Shown here: positions 39,338 to 48,779 of the stretch, piece by piece | How positions within the stretch are numbered: position 1 is the stretch's first letter | Layout: the number at the start of each line of letters is the position of its first letter | Source: Chloroflexota bacterium | GTDB lineage: Bacteria; Chloroflexota; Dehalococcoidia; Lucifugimonadales; UBA3495 | NCBI GenBank assembly: GCA_027623675.1 | Contig: JAQBVF010000015.1 | Span: forward strand, 17,606-81,605 | Direction of reading: 5' to 3' | DNA: 64,000 bases | Notes under the pieces: generated by a model | What the model saw: only the letters and a program-made list of their open reading frames with translations | Database searches by the model: none | Told to the model about the DNA's origin: nothing | Program-made: the position numbers and the translations under genes

Positions 39338-40822
39338 ATGAGCAGCGGATCATTCGCCGGCAAGCTGGCCGCGCCCGAATTTCCGGAAAGGCTGGAGTGG
39401 ATCAATTCTGACCGGCCCGTGACCCTGCGGGGACTCAAGGGAAAGATCGTGGTCCTGGACTTCTGGACCTACTGTTGAATCAACTGCGCCCACATCTTTC
39501 CGCAGTTGCGGAAACTGGAAAATAAGTACGCCAATGAACTGGCGGTGATCGGTGTCCACACGGCCAAATTCCCCAACGAAAAGGACACCGGCAATCTGGC
39601 CAGCGCGGTGCGCCGGTACGAACTGGAGCACCCGGTGATCAACGACTCTGAATTCCAGGTTTGGCAGCAGTATTCCTGCCGGGCCTGGCCGACGTTGATG
39701 TTCATCGACCCCCAGGGAAATGTGATTGGCAAACACGAAGGCGAGATGAGTTATGACGCCTTCGATGGACTACTCGGCAAGATGTTGGCCGAGTTTGACG
39801 CCCAGGGTCTTTTAAATCACGAACCGTTGCCGTCCAAGTTTCGATCGGCGCCGGAGACGCTGCTCAGTTTTCCCGGAAAGGTGCTGGCCGACGGGCCGAG
39901 CGGCCGCCTTTTCATCGCCGACACCAACCATAACCGTGTCGTGGTAACTTCACTGGACGGCGCTGTGCGGGACGTCATCGGCAGCGGCCAAGAGGGTCTG
40001 ACTGATGGCGATCTCGCCGGCTGCGCCTTCAACCATCCGCAGGGCATGGCGCTGGATGGCGAGACGCTGTATGTGGCCGATACGGAGAACCACGCGATAC
40101 GCAAGATTGACTTGGGGACGGGGAAGCTGGCGACCATCGCCGGCACCGGCGAGCAGGGACATACCAGGGAAGGCACCCGCCCGGGCCGGACCATGGAACT
40201 TAGCTCCCCGTTCGACCTGGTGCACCATAACGGAATCCTGTATATCGCCATGGCCGGGATCCATCAACTATGGTCCATGGATCTGGATTCGGGCATGGCC
40301 GGACCCTTCGCTGGAAACGGCAAAGAGGCGATCACCGACGGGCCGTTGGCGAACGCGGAGCTGGCCCAGCCGTGCGGCATCGCCACCGACGGGGTCAAGC
40401 TCTACTTCGCCGACAGTGAGACCAGCTCGGTGCGGTCGGCAGATATCAACCCGGCGGGCAAAGTGCAGACCATCGTGGGCCTGGACCTGTTCGTCTTTGG
40501 CGACGTGGACGGTTCGGACCACCGGGTCAGGCTGCAACACCCCATCGGCATCGCCCACCACGACGGCGTGATCTATATCGCCGACACCTACAACCACAAG
40601 ATCAAGCGGGTGCTGCCCGCCACCAGGAGCGCCTTCACCGTCTTGGGAACCGGGGCCTTCGGCCATACTGACGGGGCGGCCGAGGTAGCCCAGTTCTCCG
40701 AGCCCAGCGGCATCAGCTTCGCCAACGGCAAGATGTACATCGCCGACACCAACAACCACGCCATCCGGGTAGCGGACGTGGATTCGGGAGAGGTTTCCAC
40801 CTTTGAGATAACCGGCCTGTGA
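39338..40822 (+). CDS. Thioredoxin-like + NHL-repeat protein (NHLRC2/SOQ1-like), probable selenoprotein (Sec47)
   Basis: ATG 39338 gives [61 protein letters not shown], in frame with track ORF 39506..40822; NHL repeats [20 protein letters not shown]. Confidence 0.88.
39497..39514 (+). promoter_or_regulatory. Candidate bacterial SECIS hairpin
   Basis: TTTCCGC-AGTT-GCGGAAA; loop starts 25 nt after the UGA and has GU in it. Confidence 0.6.
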
Positions 40823-40925
40823 ATCGGAGCTAAAAGGCTGATCTTGGGCGTGGGGCGGGCCACACGGCCCGGGCAAAAGGTACCATTCGTCTCTGTTGCC
40901 CTCATACCGGCGGATATACAGTATT

Positions 40926-41380
40926 GATGTCAGGGGAAATGAGCGGACAGGACCGGACCGACGCACCCATCATGGCAGGCGAAACCCGGACTGGTCCGAG
41001 ACCCTAGTACGGCACAACAACGTGGAAAGCCTCATTCACACGGCAAATCGGGATTGTCCAGCCCGTGTCAGGGCGGCATCCATCAGGAGGTGAAAACGGT
41101 CCGAAAATACATATTGGATCATGCTTGGAAGTTCCCGTCTGCGGCCCCTACGGCCGTAAAAGTAGAGGAACTAGAAGCTATACCTGCCAGGTGGGGGCGG
41201 CAAGCCCATCGGCTCTTAAATTGACATAATTAAAACCCAATAACCGTCAGCTTCGCCTGCCCAACAGCGATTTAGCGAATCAGCAGGAGGAAAAGGTTAA
41301 GCGAACACGGTGGGTTCATCCGGTAGTGCATGCCGGCGAGACAAAAGGGGCTGTGTTATACCATCTGGTAACTAAGAGGC
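40926..41380 (+). ncRNA. Candidate large, highly structured ncRNA (OLE-like)
   Basis: About 20 nested helices, many with G-U pairs, joined by purine-rich linkers; no credible ORF; own terminator (see findings). Confidence 0.7.
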
Positions 41381-41412
41381 CAGGGGATCAATCAAGATAG
41401 CCTGGCCTTTTT
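41377..41412 (+). terminator. Intrinsic terminator of the candidate ncRNA
   Basis: aggccagg ... cctggcct followed by a T-run. Confidence 0.75.
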
Positions 41413-41781
41413 CGTTGTTTGATTCCAGTCCGCGGATACGCGAATCGCCCCCTGGGGGTTGGCCGGGCTATCTTAGCCGGTTGCCCGGATATCCAAGCCG
41501 GCTTTGTCCGAGTGCCGCACTAGGCGGTGGTCAATGGCCAGGACCCCTTGCCAAGTTGGGTCCCCTTTGACTTATACCAGTACCGCATCGCCTGGGCGTC
41601 GGCCTCCTTGGCTCAGAATGGGTCAATATCAAACTGAGATTCCCGAATCATGAGAATTTGCCATGATTGGGATTACCTCGGTATGACCCAGGCATCCAAG
41701 TCCGGGCGTTTCTGGGAGGAAAAGCGGGGGCATCAGTGGTCTCGGGGCATACTCACCGCAGGTGCGGACGGGTCCCGGCAT

Positions 41782-42645
41782 CTACTCCGGAGACTGGCTG
41801 TGGATGACCAAGACGCGGTCCAGGTGGGCCAGGTCTTGTTCGACGCTGGTGGCGCCCTCGGGGAAATGCTGCAACGCCAATCCTTGGACCACCGGGACCT
41901 GTTCCGGGTCCAGTTCCAAGAGGATGATGCCGTGGTCCTTGAGCTTGTCTTCAGACTGGATCAGCAGACGGCGGACCAAGTCCAGGCCATCCGGTCCACC
42001 GTCCAGGGCCAACAGCGGTTCTTTCTGGACCTCTGGCTGCAGGGTCGGTATCCGGCCGGTGGGGATGTAGGGCAGGTTGGCCACGATGAGGTCTACCGGC
42101 TCCGGCACTGCGTCCAACAGGTCACCGATGGCCAGGGTCACCCGGTCGGCCACGCCGTGTCCCCTGATGTTGTAAGCGGCCACATCCAGCGCCGCGTCGG
42201 ATACGTCGACGGCGAAGATCCTGGCGGCGGGCAGGTGAATGGCCAGGTTGATGGCTATCGCGCCGGTGCCGGTGCCAACATCGGCGATCACCAAGTCCCG
42301 GGATTCCATGCCCATCATGGCCATGAATAGGGCATGCTCCACCAGGCCCTCGGTTTCCGGGCGGGGTATCAGGACCGACGGGTTTACAACCACACTGATG
42401 CCGTAGAACTCGCGCTGCCCCAGGATATAGGCCAGTGGCTCCCGCTCGAGCCGGCGCGCCAGCAGTTGTTCCAGGCCGGCTTGCTGTTGCCCGGAAACCT
42501 CGGACTCCTGTTCGGCGAACAGGCTCTGCCTCGGCATGCGCATCACGGTCATCACCATCACTTCGGCCTCAAGGCGGGCGTCGGGGATCCCAGCCGATTC
42601 CAGTCTCTGGTGGGTGTCTTGAATCACGTTGCGGAGGATCGCCAT
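41782..42645 (-). CDS. prmC: Release factor glutamine methyltransferase
   Basis: EPLAYILG.REFYG, VLIPRPETE, DVGTGTGAI, ANLPYI, ALDGGPDGL; adjacent to prfA. Confidence 0.96.
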   Translation of the reverse strand: MAILRNVIQDTHQRLESAGIPDARLEAEVMVMTVMRMPRQSLFAEQESEVSGQQQAGLEQLLARRLEREPLAYILGQREFYGISVVVNPSVLIPRPETEGLVEHALFMAMMGMESRDLVIADVGTGTGAIAINLAIHLPAARIFAVDVSDAALDVAAYNIRGHGVADRVTLAIGDLLDAVPEPVDLIVANLPYIPTGRIPTLQPEVQKEPLLALDGGPDGLDLVRRLLIQSEDKLKDHGIILLELDPEQVPVVQGLALQHFPEGATSVEQDLAHLDRVLVIHSQSPE

Positions 42646-42772
42646 TGGCGGCTTTATATCCTAAGTCGTCGAATCGAATGGGTTGCGCTCGAAAGGTAAA
42701 ACGGGGCCAAACGCCGCGCCGAACGATATCGCCGTGTCAAGGATCAACGCCCTGCTGGGCTTGTGCTGGGAG

Positions 42773-43852
42773 TTAGGCGGTGGCATCGGCCAGGAGTCGT
42801 TCCTCTTCCCAGGCGCTTAGCTTGTCGAACATGTCTTCCAGACCGCCCGCCATCAGCCGGGGAATGTCGTGGAAGTTCTCGTTGCTGCGGTGGTCGGTCA
42901 CCCGGTCTTGCGGGTAGTTGTAGGTGCGAATCTTCTCCGACCGCTCGGCCCCGGCAACCTGGGAACGCCGTGTCTCGCTCAACTCGGCATCCTTCCGGAT
43001 CTGCTCCGCCTCGTACAACCTGGACCTGAGCATCGACATGGCCCGCTGCTTGTTCTTGTGCTGGGAACGCTCGTCCTGGCAGACTACCGTCAGGCCGGAA
43101 GGTTCGTGGACGATGCGCACGGCCGTGGCCACTTTGTTGACGTTCTGACCGCCGTGGCCGCCGGCATGGAAGATATCGATGCGGAGGTCGTTGGGGTCGA
43201 CCTTCACTTCAACTTCGTCGACCACTGGTAGCACAACCACCGTGGCGGTTGATGTGTGGATGCGGCCCTGAGTTTCGGTGTTGGGGATGCGCTGAACGCG
43301 GTGAACGCCGCTTTCAAACTTCATCCGGCTGAAAACGCCTTTGCCTTCGATCTGGAAGACAATCTTGTTGAACCCACCCACCTCAGTGGAGTTGGAGTCC
43401 ATCACATCCACGGACCAACCCTGGTTCACCGCGTAGCGGGAATAGGCCCGGTAGAGATCGGCCGCGAATATCCCGGCCTCAGCCCCACCGGTGCCGGCGC
43501 GAATCTCCACGATCACGTCCCGCTCGTCATTGGGGTTCTTGGGGAGCAGGGCCAGCCGCAGCGTCTGGGACAGCTGTTCCAGCTTGGCCTGGGCCTCTTC
43601 CAGTTCTTCCTTGGCCATCAGGACCAGCTCAGGGTCGGAACCGTCGCGGACGAGCGACTGCAGGTCCTCGATCTCCTCTACTAAACCTCGGTAGCGGCCG
43701 CCGATATCGACCAGGTTCTCCAGAGAAGCCCGTTCTTTGGCCAACTCTTGGACACGTTCGAAATCGGCCGCGACCTCAGGGTCTCCCATGGATTCTTCAA
43801 TCTCATGGTAGCGGCGAATAACGGGGTCGAGTTTGTCCAGCATGGTGACCAT
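42773..43852 (-). CDS. prfA: Peptide chain release factor 1
   Basis: EIRAGTGG.EA, ESGVHRVQRIPNTE (PxT), GGQNVNK, IRTYNYPQDRVTDHR; start may be 43843. Confidence 0.97.
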   Translation of the reverse strand: MVTMLDKLDPVIRRYHEIEESMGDPEVAADFERVQELAKERASLENLVDIGGRYRGLVEEIEDLQSLVRDGSDPELVLMAKEELEEAQAKLEQLSQTLRLALLPKNPNDERDVIVEIRAGTGGAEAGIFAADLYRAYSRYAVNQGWSVDVMDSNSTEVGGFNKIVFQIEGKGVFSRMKFESGVHRVQRIPNTETQGRIHTSTATVVVLPVVDEVEVKVDPNDLRIDIFHAGGHGGQNVNKVATAVRIVHEPSGLTVVCQDERSQHKNKQRAMSMLRSRLYEAEQIRKDAELSETRRSQVAGAERSEKIRTYNYPQDRVTDHRSNENFHDIPRLMAGGLEDMFDKLSAWEEERLLADATA

Positions 43853-44032
43853 CGTTGATACTCATGAGCGGTAAATATAGCCCGAACCGGTGTGTCGAAT
43901 ACCGCCAACTTGACCCTAGTCTACCCCACGGGTAAAGGAGAAACAAGCTCGATAGCGTGTTAGACCAGGCGGAATCGACGCGCGATTCCGGTAAAACTTG
44001 GGGCCTTGATAATGGATGTCCCCTCGACAGAA

Positions 44033-44752
44033 CTAGCCCCGTTTCACGCCCCAATGCAAGGCCACCGTGCCGAAACCAAGACGCCGGTACCCGACTTCGT
44101 CGAGGCCCGATACGGAGAGCAATTCGGCCAGGCGGTCGGCATCCAAGAAATGGTCCACCGACTTGGGGAGATAGGAATAGGCGGCCCGCTCCCCCGCAAC
44201 CAACCGTCCGATGAACGGCACCAGACCGTGGAACAAGGGCCGGAACATGGTGGAACGAAGACCCTTGGGCATCGGCGACAACTCCAAGATGGCCACCCGC
44301 CCCCCGGGTTGGACCACGCGGACCATTTCCGCCAATGCCGCCCCCACGTCGGGCATGTTTCTAAGGCTGAACCCGGCGGTGGCGCAGGCAAAGCTGCCCG
44401 AGGCGAAGGGTAGGGAGAGGGCGTCACCGGTCATCATGGTAACCGAGCCTGACAAGCCTTGGGCCTTTGCCTTGGCGGCGGCCCGCGAGACCATGCTCTG
44501 CAGTAGGTCCAAGCCCACGGTCCGGTCAACCTCCGGTCGGCGGGCCAGGGCCAAAGCCAGGTCGCCGGTCCCGCTGGAGACATCGATGGCCGGGCCGCTC
44601 AGGCCACGGGCCGCCAGCGCCGCGGTCCGGCGTTTCCAGCGCCGGTGCATGCCCAGCGTCATCAGGTCGTTCATCAGGTCATAGCGGCCCGATATACGGG
44701 AGAAAAGATCGGCTACGTACTTCTGCTTCTCAGCGCCCTGTAGTTCAGCCAT
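44033..44752 (-). CDS. menG: Demethylmenaquinone methyltransferase (UbiE/MenG)
   Basis: YDLMNDLMTLGMHRRWK, GTGDLA, GDALSLPF, AYSYLPKSV. Confidence 0.9.
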   Translation of the reverse strand: MAELQGAEKQKYVADLFSRISGRYDLMNDLMTLGMHRRWKRRTAALAARGLSGPAIDVSSGTGDLALALARRPEVDRTVGLDLLQSMVSRAAAKAKAQGLSGSVTMMTGDALSLPFASGSFACATAGFSLRNMPDVGAALAEMVRVVQPGGRVAILELSPMPKGLRSTMFRPLFHGLVPFIGRLVAGERAAYSYLPKSVDHFLDADRLAELLSVSGLDEVGYRRLGFGTVALHWGVKRG

Positions 44753-44782
44753 GCCGAGTCGACCAGTTGCTCAAGCCGGTGG

Positions 44783-45385
44783 TCACGTGGCCGGGCCGGT
44801 GTATCGCATATCTTCGGGCATCTCCGGCTGCAGGCCCAGAGACACGAAGATACGGGCGACCACGAAATCGACTATGTCGTCGATGCCCTTGGGCTGCAGA
44901 TAAAAGGCCGGTTCAGGCGGAACGATAACAGCGCCCATCTGGCTGAGGGTAAGCATGTTCTGTAGATGGATGCTGTGCAGCGGTGTCTCCCTGGGGACCA
45001 GAACTAGAGAGCGCCGTTCCTTCAGACAAACGTCGGCGGCGCGTAGGAGCAGGTTGCCGGACATGCCATTGGCCAGGGAGGCGATGCTGTTCATGCTGGC
45101 GGGCACGATGACCATCCCTGCCGTGGGGTAGGTGCCGCTGGCAACAGGCGCTCTAAGGTCGTTGATGGCGTAATGGGTAAAGCTCGGGTGCTCCTGCCAT
45201 TCGATCAGTTTGTCGTTGAAGTTCTCCCCGATCTCTTCCTGCCAGACCAGCCGGGCGGCGTTGGAGCACAGCGCCACGGTCGGAATGTCCTGCCGCAGCA
45301 GGGCATCCACCGTCGCCCTGGCCATCACCGCTCCGCTGGCGCCGGTGATTCCCACGATAACCGGCCTGGACGCCGAGCCACTCAC
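44783..45385 (-). CDS. ubiX: Flavin prenyltransferase
   Basis: VGITGASG, ASGTY, RAADVCLKERR, PRETP, PAFY. Confidence 0.95.
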   Translation of the reverse strand: MSGSASRPVIVGITGASGAVMARATVDALLRQDIPTVALCSNAARLVWQEEIGENFNDKLIEWQEHPSFTHYAINDLRAPVASGTYPTAGMVIVPASMNSIASLANGMSGNLLLRAADVCLKERRSLVLVPRETPLHSIHLQNMLTLSQMGAVIVPPEPAFYLQPKGIDDIVDFVVARIFVSLGLQPEMPEDMRYTGPAT

Positions 45386-46278
45386 AGCGCTATCGCCAGG
45401 ATGGTGAATAACAACAATACCAATGAGATGACGCTGTTGTACTGGAACAATGGCGACCTAAGTTTGGAGAGATCGTCGGCCCGGACCAGGCTGTTTTCCA
45501 GGGCCAATAGGCCGACGGCGATGGCCCAGCCGATGAAGTAATAGAAGGAAAGGTCCATCCAGATTCCCAGCGCCAGCAGGGCGGCGGCGGCCCCAATGTG
45601 CATCACTTTGGTGGTCCACAGGGCCGCGGAGATGCCAAACCGCTTGGGCAGGGAATAGATGCCGTACGAGCGGTCGAACTCGATATCGGCGCAGCCGTAG
45701 ATCACGTCGAAACCTCCCGCCCACAGGGCAACAGCCAGCGACAATAACACCGGTTCCGGGTCGAGCCTGCCGTTGACCGCGATCCACGCCGCCGAGGGCG
45801 ATATGGCCAGGGCCGAGCCCAAGACGAAATGGCAGGCCCAGGTGTGATACTTGGCTAAGGAGTAAAGCACCACGTAGGCGGCGGCTACCGGCGCCAGGGC
45901 CAGGGCCAAGCCGTTCAACTGGAAGGCGGCGTAGAAGAACACCCCCGTGCCAATCACCATCAGGCCAAACACTTCCCACGCTTTCAAAAGGCCCGCGGGC
46001 AGGTGGCGGCTGGCGGTGCGGGGATTGGCTACATCTTCCTTGCGGTGGAGAAACCGGTTGGCAGACATTCCCAGCGTCCTGACCCCGCTGAGGGCCACGG
46101 TGATCCAGATGAAGACGCTCCAGCCAGGCCAACCGTCGGCGGCCAGCACCATGCCCATGAAGCAGAAGGGCAGGGCGTAGAGCGACTCCCAGATGCGGAT
46201 GGTCACCAGGTACCGGGGCACTCTGGTGGCAATGACCGAGGCGGGGGTTTTTATGGCGTTGACGGCCGACATGTTCAA
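45382..46278 (-). CDS. UbiA-family polyprenyltransferase (MqnP-like)
   Basis: ALPF, NPRTASRHLPAG, GFDVIYGCADIEFD; sits in a ubiD-ubiX-menG cluster. Confidence 0.9.
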   Translation of the reverse strand: MNMSAVNAIKTPASVIATRVPRYLVTIRIWESLYALPFCFMGMVLAADGWPGWSVFIWITVALSGVRTLGMSANRFLHRKEDVANPRTASRHLPAGLLKAWEVFGLMVIGTGVFFYAAFQLNGLALALAPVAAAYVVLYSLAKYHTWACHFVLGSALAISPSAAWIAVNGRLDPEPVLLSLAVALWAGGFDVIYGCADIEFDRSYGIYSLPKRFGISAALWTTKVMHIGAAAALLALGIWMDLSFYYFIGWAIAVGLLALENSLVRADDLSKLRSPLFQYNSVISLVLLLFTILAIAL

Positions 46279-46391
46279 TATCTTCTCACAGCCGGGCGTC
46301 CGGTGGCGCCTGAATGGGCGGTATCTTGGGGATTGGCATGGTGCGGGGTGGCGTCATGGCGAACAGTTACGGCGAACAGGTTCATAGAGGA

Positions 46392-47852
46392 TCAGGCCAA
46401 GCCGTACTCGCTCCACTTCTGGTCAACCAGCGCTTTGACCGACTCGTCCATGATGATGTCCGGCGGCCAGTCGCGCTGGCGCCCGCCCTCTTGCGGCATC
46501 TTGATGGTGGCGTCGATGCCCACCTTGCTGCCGAACTTGGGCGTGGCCGAGCCGATGTCCAGGTCGTCGATCGGGCCGGTGGAGAAGACGAAATCCTGGG
46601 CCGGGTCGATGTTGTTGGTCACCCGCCAGGCGACCTCCGAGATGTTTTGCACGTCCACGTCATGGTCAACGACGATTATAGCCTTGGCCAGGCTCATCAG
46701 GCCCAGACCCCACAGGCCGTGCATCACCTTTCTCGCCTGTCCCGGATACTCCTTCTTGACCGACACGATGACCAGGTTATGGAACGACCCCTCGGCCGGC
46801 ATGTTGATGTCCACGATCTCCGGCAGGACCAACCTGATCATGGGCAGGAACACCCGCTCGGTCACCTTGCCCATATAGTAGTCTTCCATCGGCGGACGGC
46901 CCACGATGGTTGCGGGATAGATGGGCTCCCGCCGGTGGGTGATGCAGGTGACGTGGAACACCGGATACGGGTCTTCCATCGAGTAATAGCCGGTGTGGTC
47001 ACCGAAGGGACCCTCCATCCGCTCCTCGCCCGGCGTCACGTATCCCTCAAGAACAATCTCGGCTTGGGCCGGCACCATCAGGTCGTTGGTCCTGGCCTTG
47101 ACCAGGTCCACGCCCTCTTCGCGGAGAAACCCGGCCATCACCATCTCATCCATATCCGGAGGCAGCGGCGCCGAGCCGGTCCAGATGGTGGCGGGGTCGC
47201 CGCCCAGGGCTACGGCCACGTCCAGCTTCTCCAGGCCCAGTTCGCGGCTCAGCCGGTAGTGGTGGGTGCCCACCTTATGGGTCTGCCAGTGCATGCCGGT
47301 GGTCCGTTTGTCGTAGACCTGCATGCGGTACATGCCATAGTTCTGAATGCCCGTCTCGGGGTCCTTGGTGATCACCAAAGGCAGGGTGATATATTGCCCG
47401 CCGTCCAGGGGCCAGCATTTCAGTATGGGAAACTTGTACAGGTCGATGTCATCGCCTTGGACGACCACTTCCTGACAGGGCGCGCTATTGACGGTTTTGG
47501 GCTGGAATTTTCCCAGTTGGACCAACTGACCCAGGGTTTTCAATTTGTTGATCAGGCCTTGGGGCGGCCCATGCATCAGGTCCAAAAGGCCGTCCACCCG
47601 CCCGACGACGGCGTCCAGGTCTTCCACACCCAATGCCCAGGCGGTCCGCTGCGTACTGCCGTACAGGTTGATCAGCACCGGGGTATCGAAGCCCGTGACG
47701 TTTTCGAACAAAAGGGCCGGCCCGCCCGACTTGATCACCCGGTCCGCGATCTCGGTGATCTCCAGTTCGTGGCTGACCGGCGACTTGATGCGAAGCAGAT
47801 CGCCCTTGTCTTCTAGGAAGCGAACGAATTCCCTTAGGTCTTTGAATCTCAT
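46392..47852 (-). CDS. Menaquinone biosynthesis decarboxylase (UbiD family, MqnL-like)
   Basis: LEITEI, GPALLFEN, NYGMYRMQ, EGPFGDHTGYY, VGRPPMED, GIDAT. Confidence 0.93.
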   Translation of the reverse strand: MRFKDLREFVRFLEDKGDLLRIKSPVSHELEITEIADRVIKSGGPALLFENVTGFDTPVLINLYGSTQRTAWALGVEDLDAVVGRVDGLLDLMHGPPQGLINKLKTLGQLVQLGKFQPKTVNSAPCQEVVVQGDDIDLYKFPILKCWPLDGGQYITLPLVITKDPETGIQNYGMYRMQVYDKRTTGMHWQTHKVGTHHYRLSRELGLEKLDVAVALGGDPATIWTGSAPLPPDMDEMVMAGFLREEGVDLVKARTNDLMVPAQAEIVLEGYVTPGEERMEGPFGDHTGYYSMEDPYPVFHVTCITHRREPIYPATIVGRPPMEDYYMGKVTERVFLPMIRLVLPEIVDINMPAEGSFHNLVIVSVKKEYPGQARKVMHGLWGLGLMSLAKAIIVVDHDVDVQNISEVAWRVTNNIDPAQDFVFSTGPIDDLDIGSATPKFGSKVGIDATIKMPQEGGRQRDWPPDIIMDESVKALVDQKWSEYGLA

Positions 47853-47979
47853 CGGCGCCTCAGGCTAAATGGGTCGCTGGCCGATCGGCGTTCCGGCGGA
47901 TGGGAACGAATCAGCGCCAACATTGTAGCCGTTGGAAAGCGCCCGCCACAACGAAAGGACCTTGGGCAGGCGGCCAAAC

Positions 47980-48012
47980 AAAAAAGGGCCGGCGCATCGC
48001 CAGCCCTTTTTC
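47980..48012. terminator. Bidirectional intrinsic terminator
   Basis: aaaaaagggc.ggcg..cgcc.gccctttttt. Confidence 0.75.
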
Positions 48013-48033
48013 AACCGATTCGGCGCCGGGTTT

Positions 48034-48348
48034 TTAGAAACCCGATGATGTTTCGGCCCGCATCTTGCTGAAGCAGTCGCTGCAATAGACCGGGCGGTCA
48101 CCCCTGGGCCGGAACGGCACCATGGCGTCATTGCCACATTCGGCGCAGTTTATGGGGTACATCTCTCGGGGTCCATCCTGGTACATCCCACCGGACCTCT
48201 GCTCTGAACGGCGCACGGCACGGCAACTCCGGCAGCGCTTTGGCTCGTTGCCGAAACCCCTGGCTTGGAAAAATTCCTGCTCTCCCGCCGTAAAGATGAA
48301 TTCTCCCCCACACTCCACGCAATTTAGGGTCTTGTCTGACAATACCAC
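48034..48348 (-). CDS. Zinc-ribbon / CxxC-x17-CxxC domain protein
   Basis: DKTLNCVECG.EFIFTAGEQEFF..GF.NEPKRC..CR and CAECG..VPFRP..DRPVYCSDCF. Confidence 0.92.
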   Translation of the reverse strand: MVLSDKTLNCVECGGEFIFTAGEQEFFQARGFGNEPKRCRSCRAVRRSEQRSGGMYQDGPREMYPINCAECGNDAMVPFRPRGDRPVYCSDCFSKMRAETSSGF

Positions 48349-48452
48349 TGGCTGACCTCCTGGATCCTCTTCCCCTGGATTGGATTTTGGGTCCGTTGGG
48401 GCCGGAAAGATCGACTTCCCGACCAGTCCGACCCTGGTTTTGCCTGCGCCAC

Positions 48453-48480
48453 ATTATACTGATATGAAAAATCGATGCAA
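48453..48480 (-). promoter_or_regulatory. Sigma70-type promoter of the zinc-ribbon gene
   Basis: Reverse complement TTGCAT-N16-TATAAT with an AT-rich upstream tract. Confidence 0.65.
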
Positions 48481-48779
48481 GGTAAATTAACATCTATCTC
48501 CAAATTCATTGTCAGGCTATTTACAATATTGTGAATGTAAATAAGAGACGATATTCGTAACATCTCTAATCGCTTCTTAGTGGCATGAATCGGGGATATG
48601 GCCGGGTTCCGGTCTTGGTGGCGCCGATATTCCGAAGGCATGAGATCTGCGGCTCCCGAGTCAGTACCCCGAGACGCGCTCCATTGGGGGTATTTACCGA
48701 AATATCAAGATTTACCCATCAACATGAGAGCCAAATCGGGCAGTTTTGCCCCGCCGGGGTTGGTCTATGCGCCGGTTCT

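Noticed and set aside
39338..39505. Pseudogene call for the NHL gene
   Set aside because: The single TGA falls exactly on the redox Cys, has a SECIS-like hairpin downstream, and the rest of the frame is intact.
40896..41093. 65 aa ORF and SD-like AGGAGGTG at 41085-41092
   Set aside because: TTG start, no RBS, non-protein-like sequence. The SD-like motif has no suitably spaced start and is explained by a helix of the candidate RNA.
40926..41412. RNase P RNA, tmRNA or group II intron as the identity of the structured region
   Set aside because: No GAGGAAAGUCC or terminal CGGCUUA, no tRNA-like TPsiC/CCA end, and no domain V motif found on either strand.
46314..47816. 500 aa + strand ORF and other long antisense ORFs (e.g. 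54699..55970)
   Set aside because: Antisense shadows of well-supported genes, expected in GC-rich DNA with strong codon bias.
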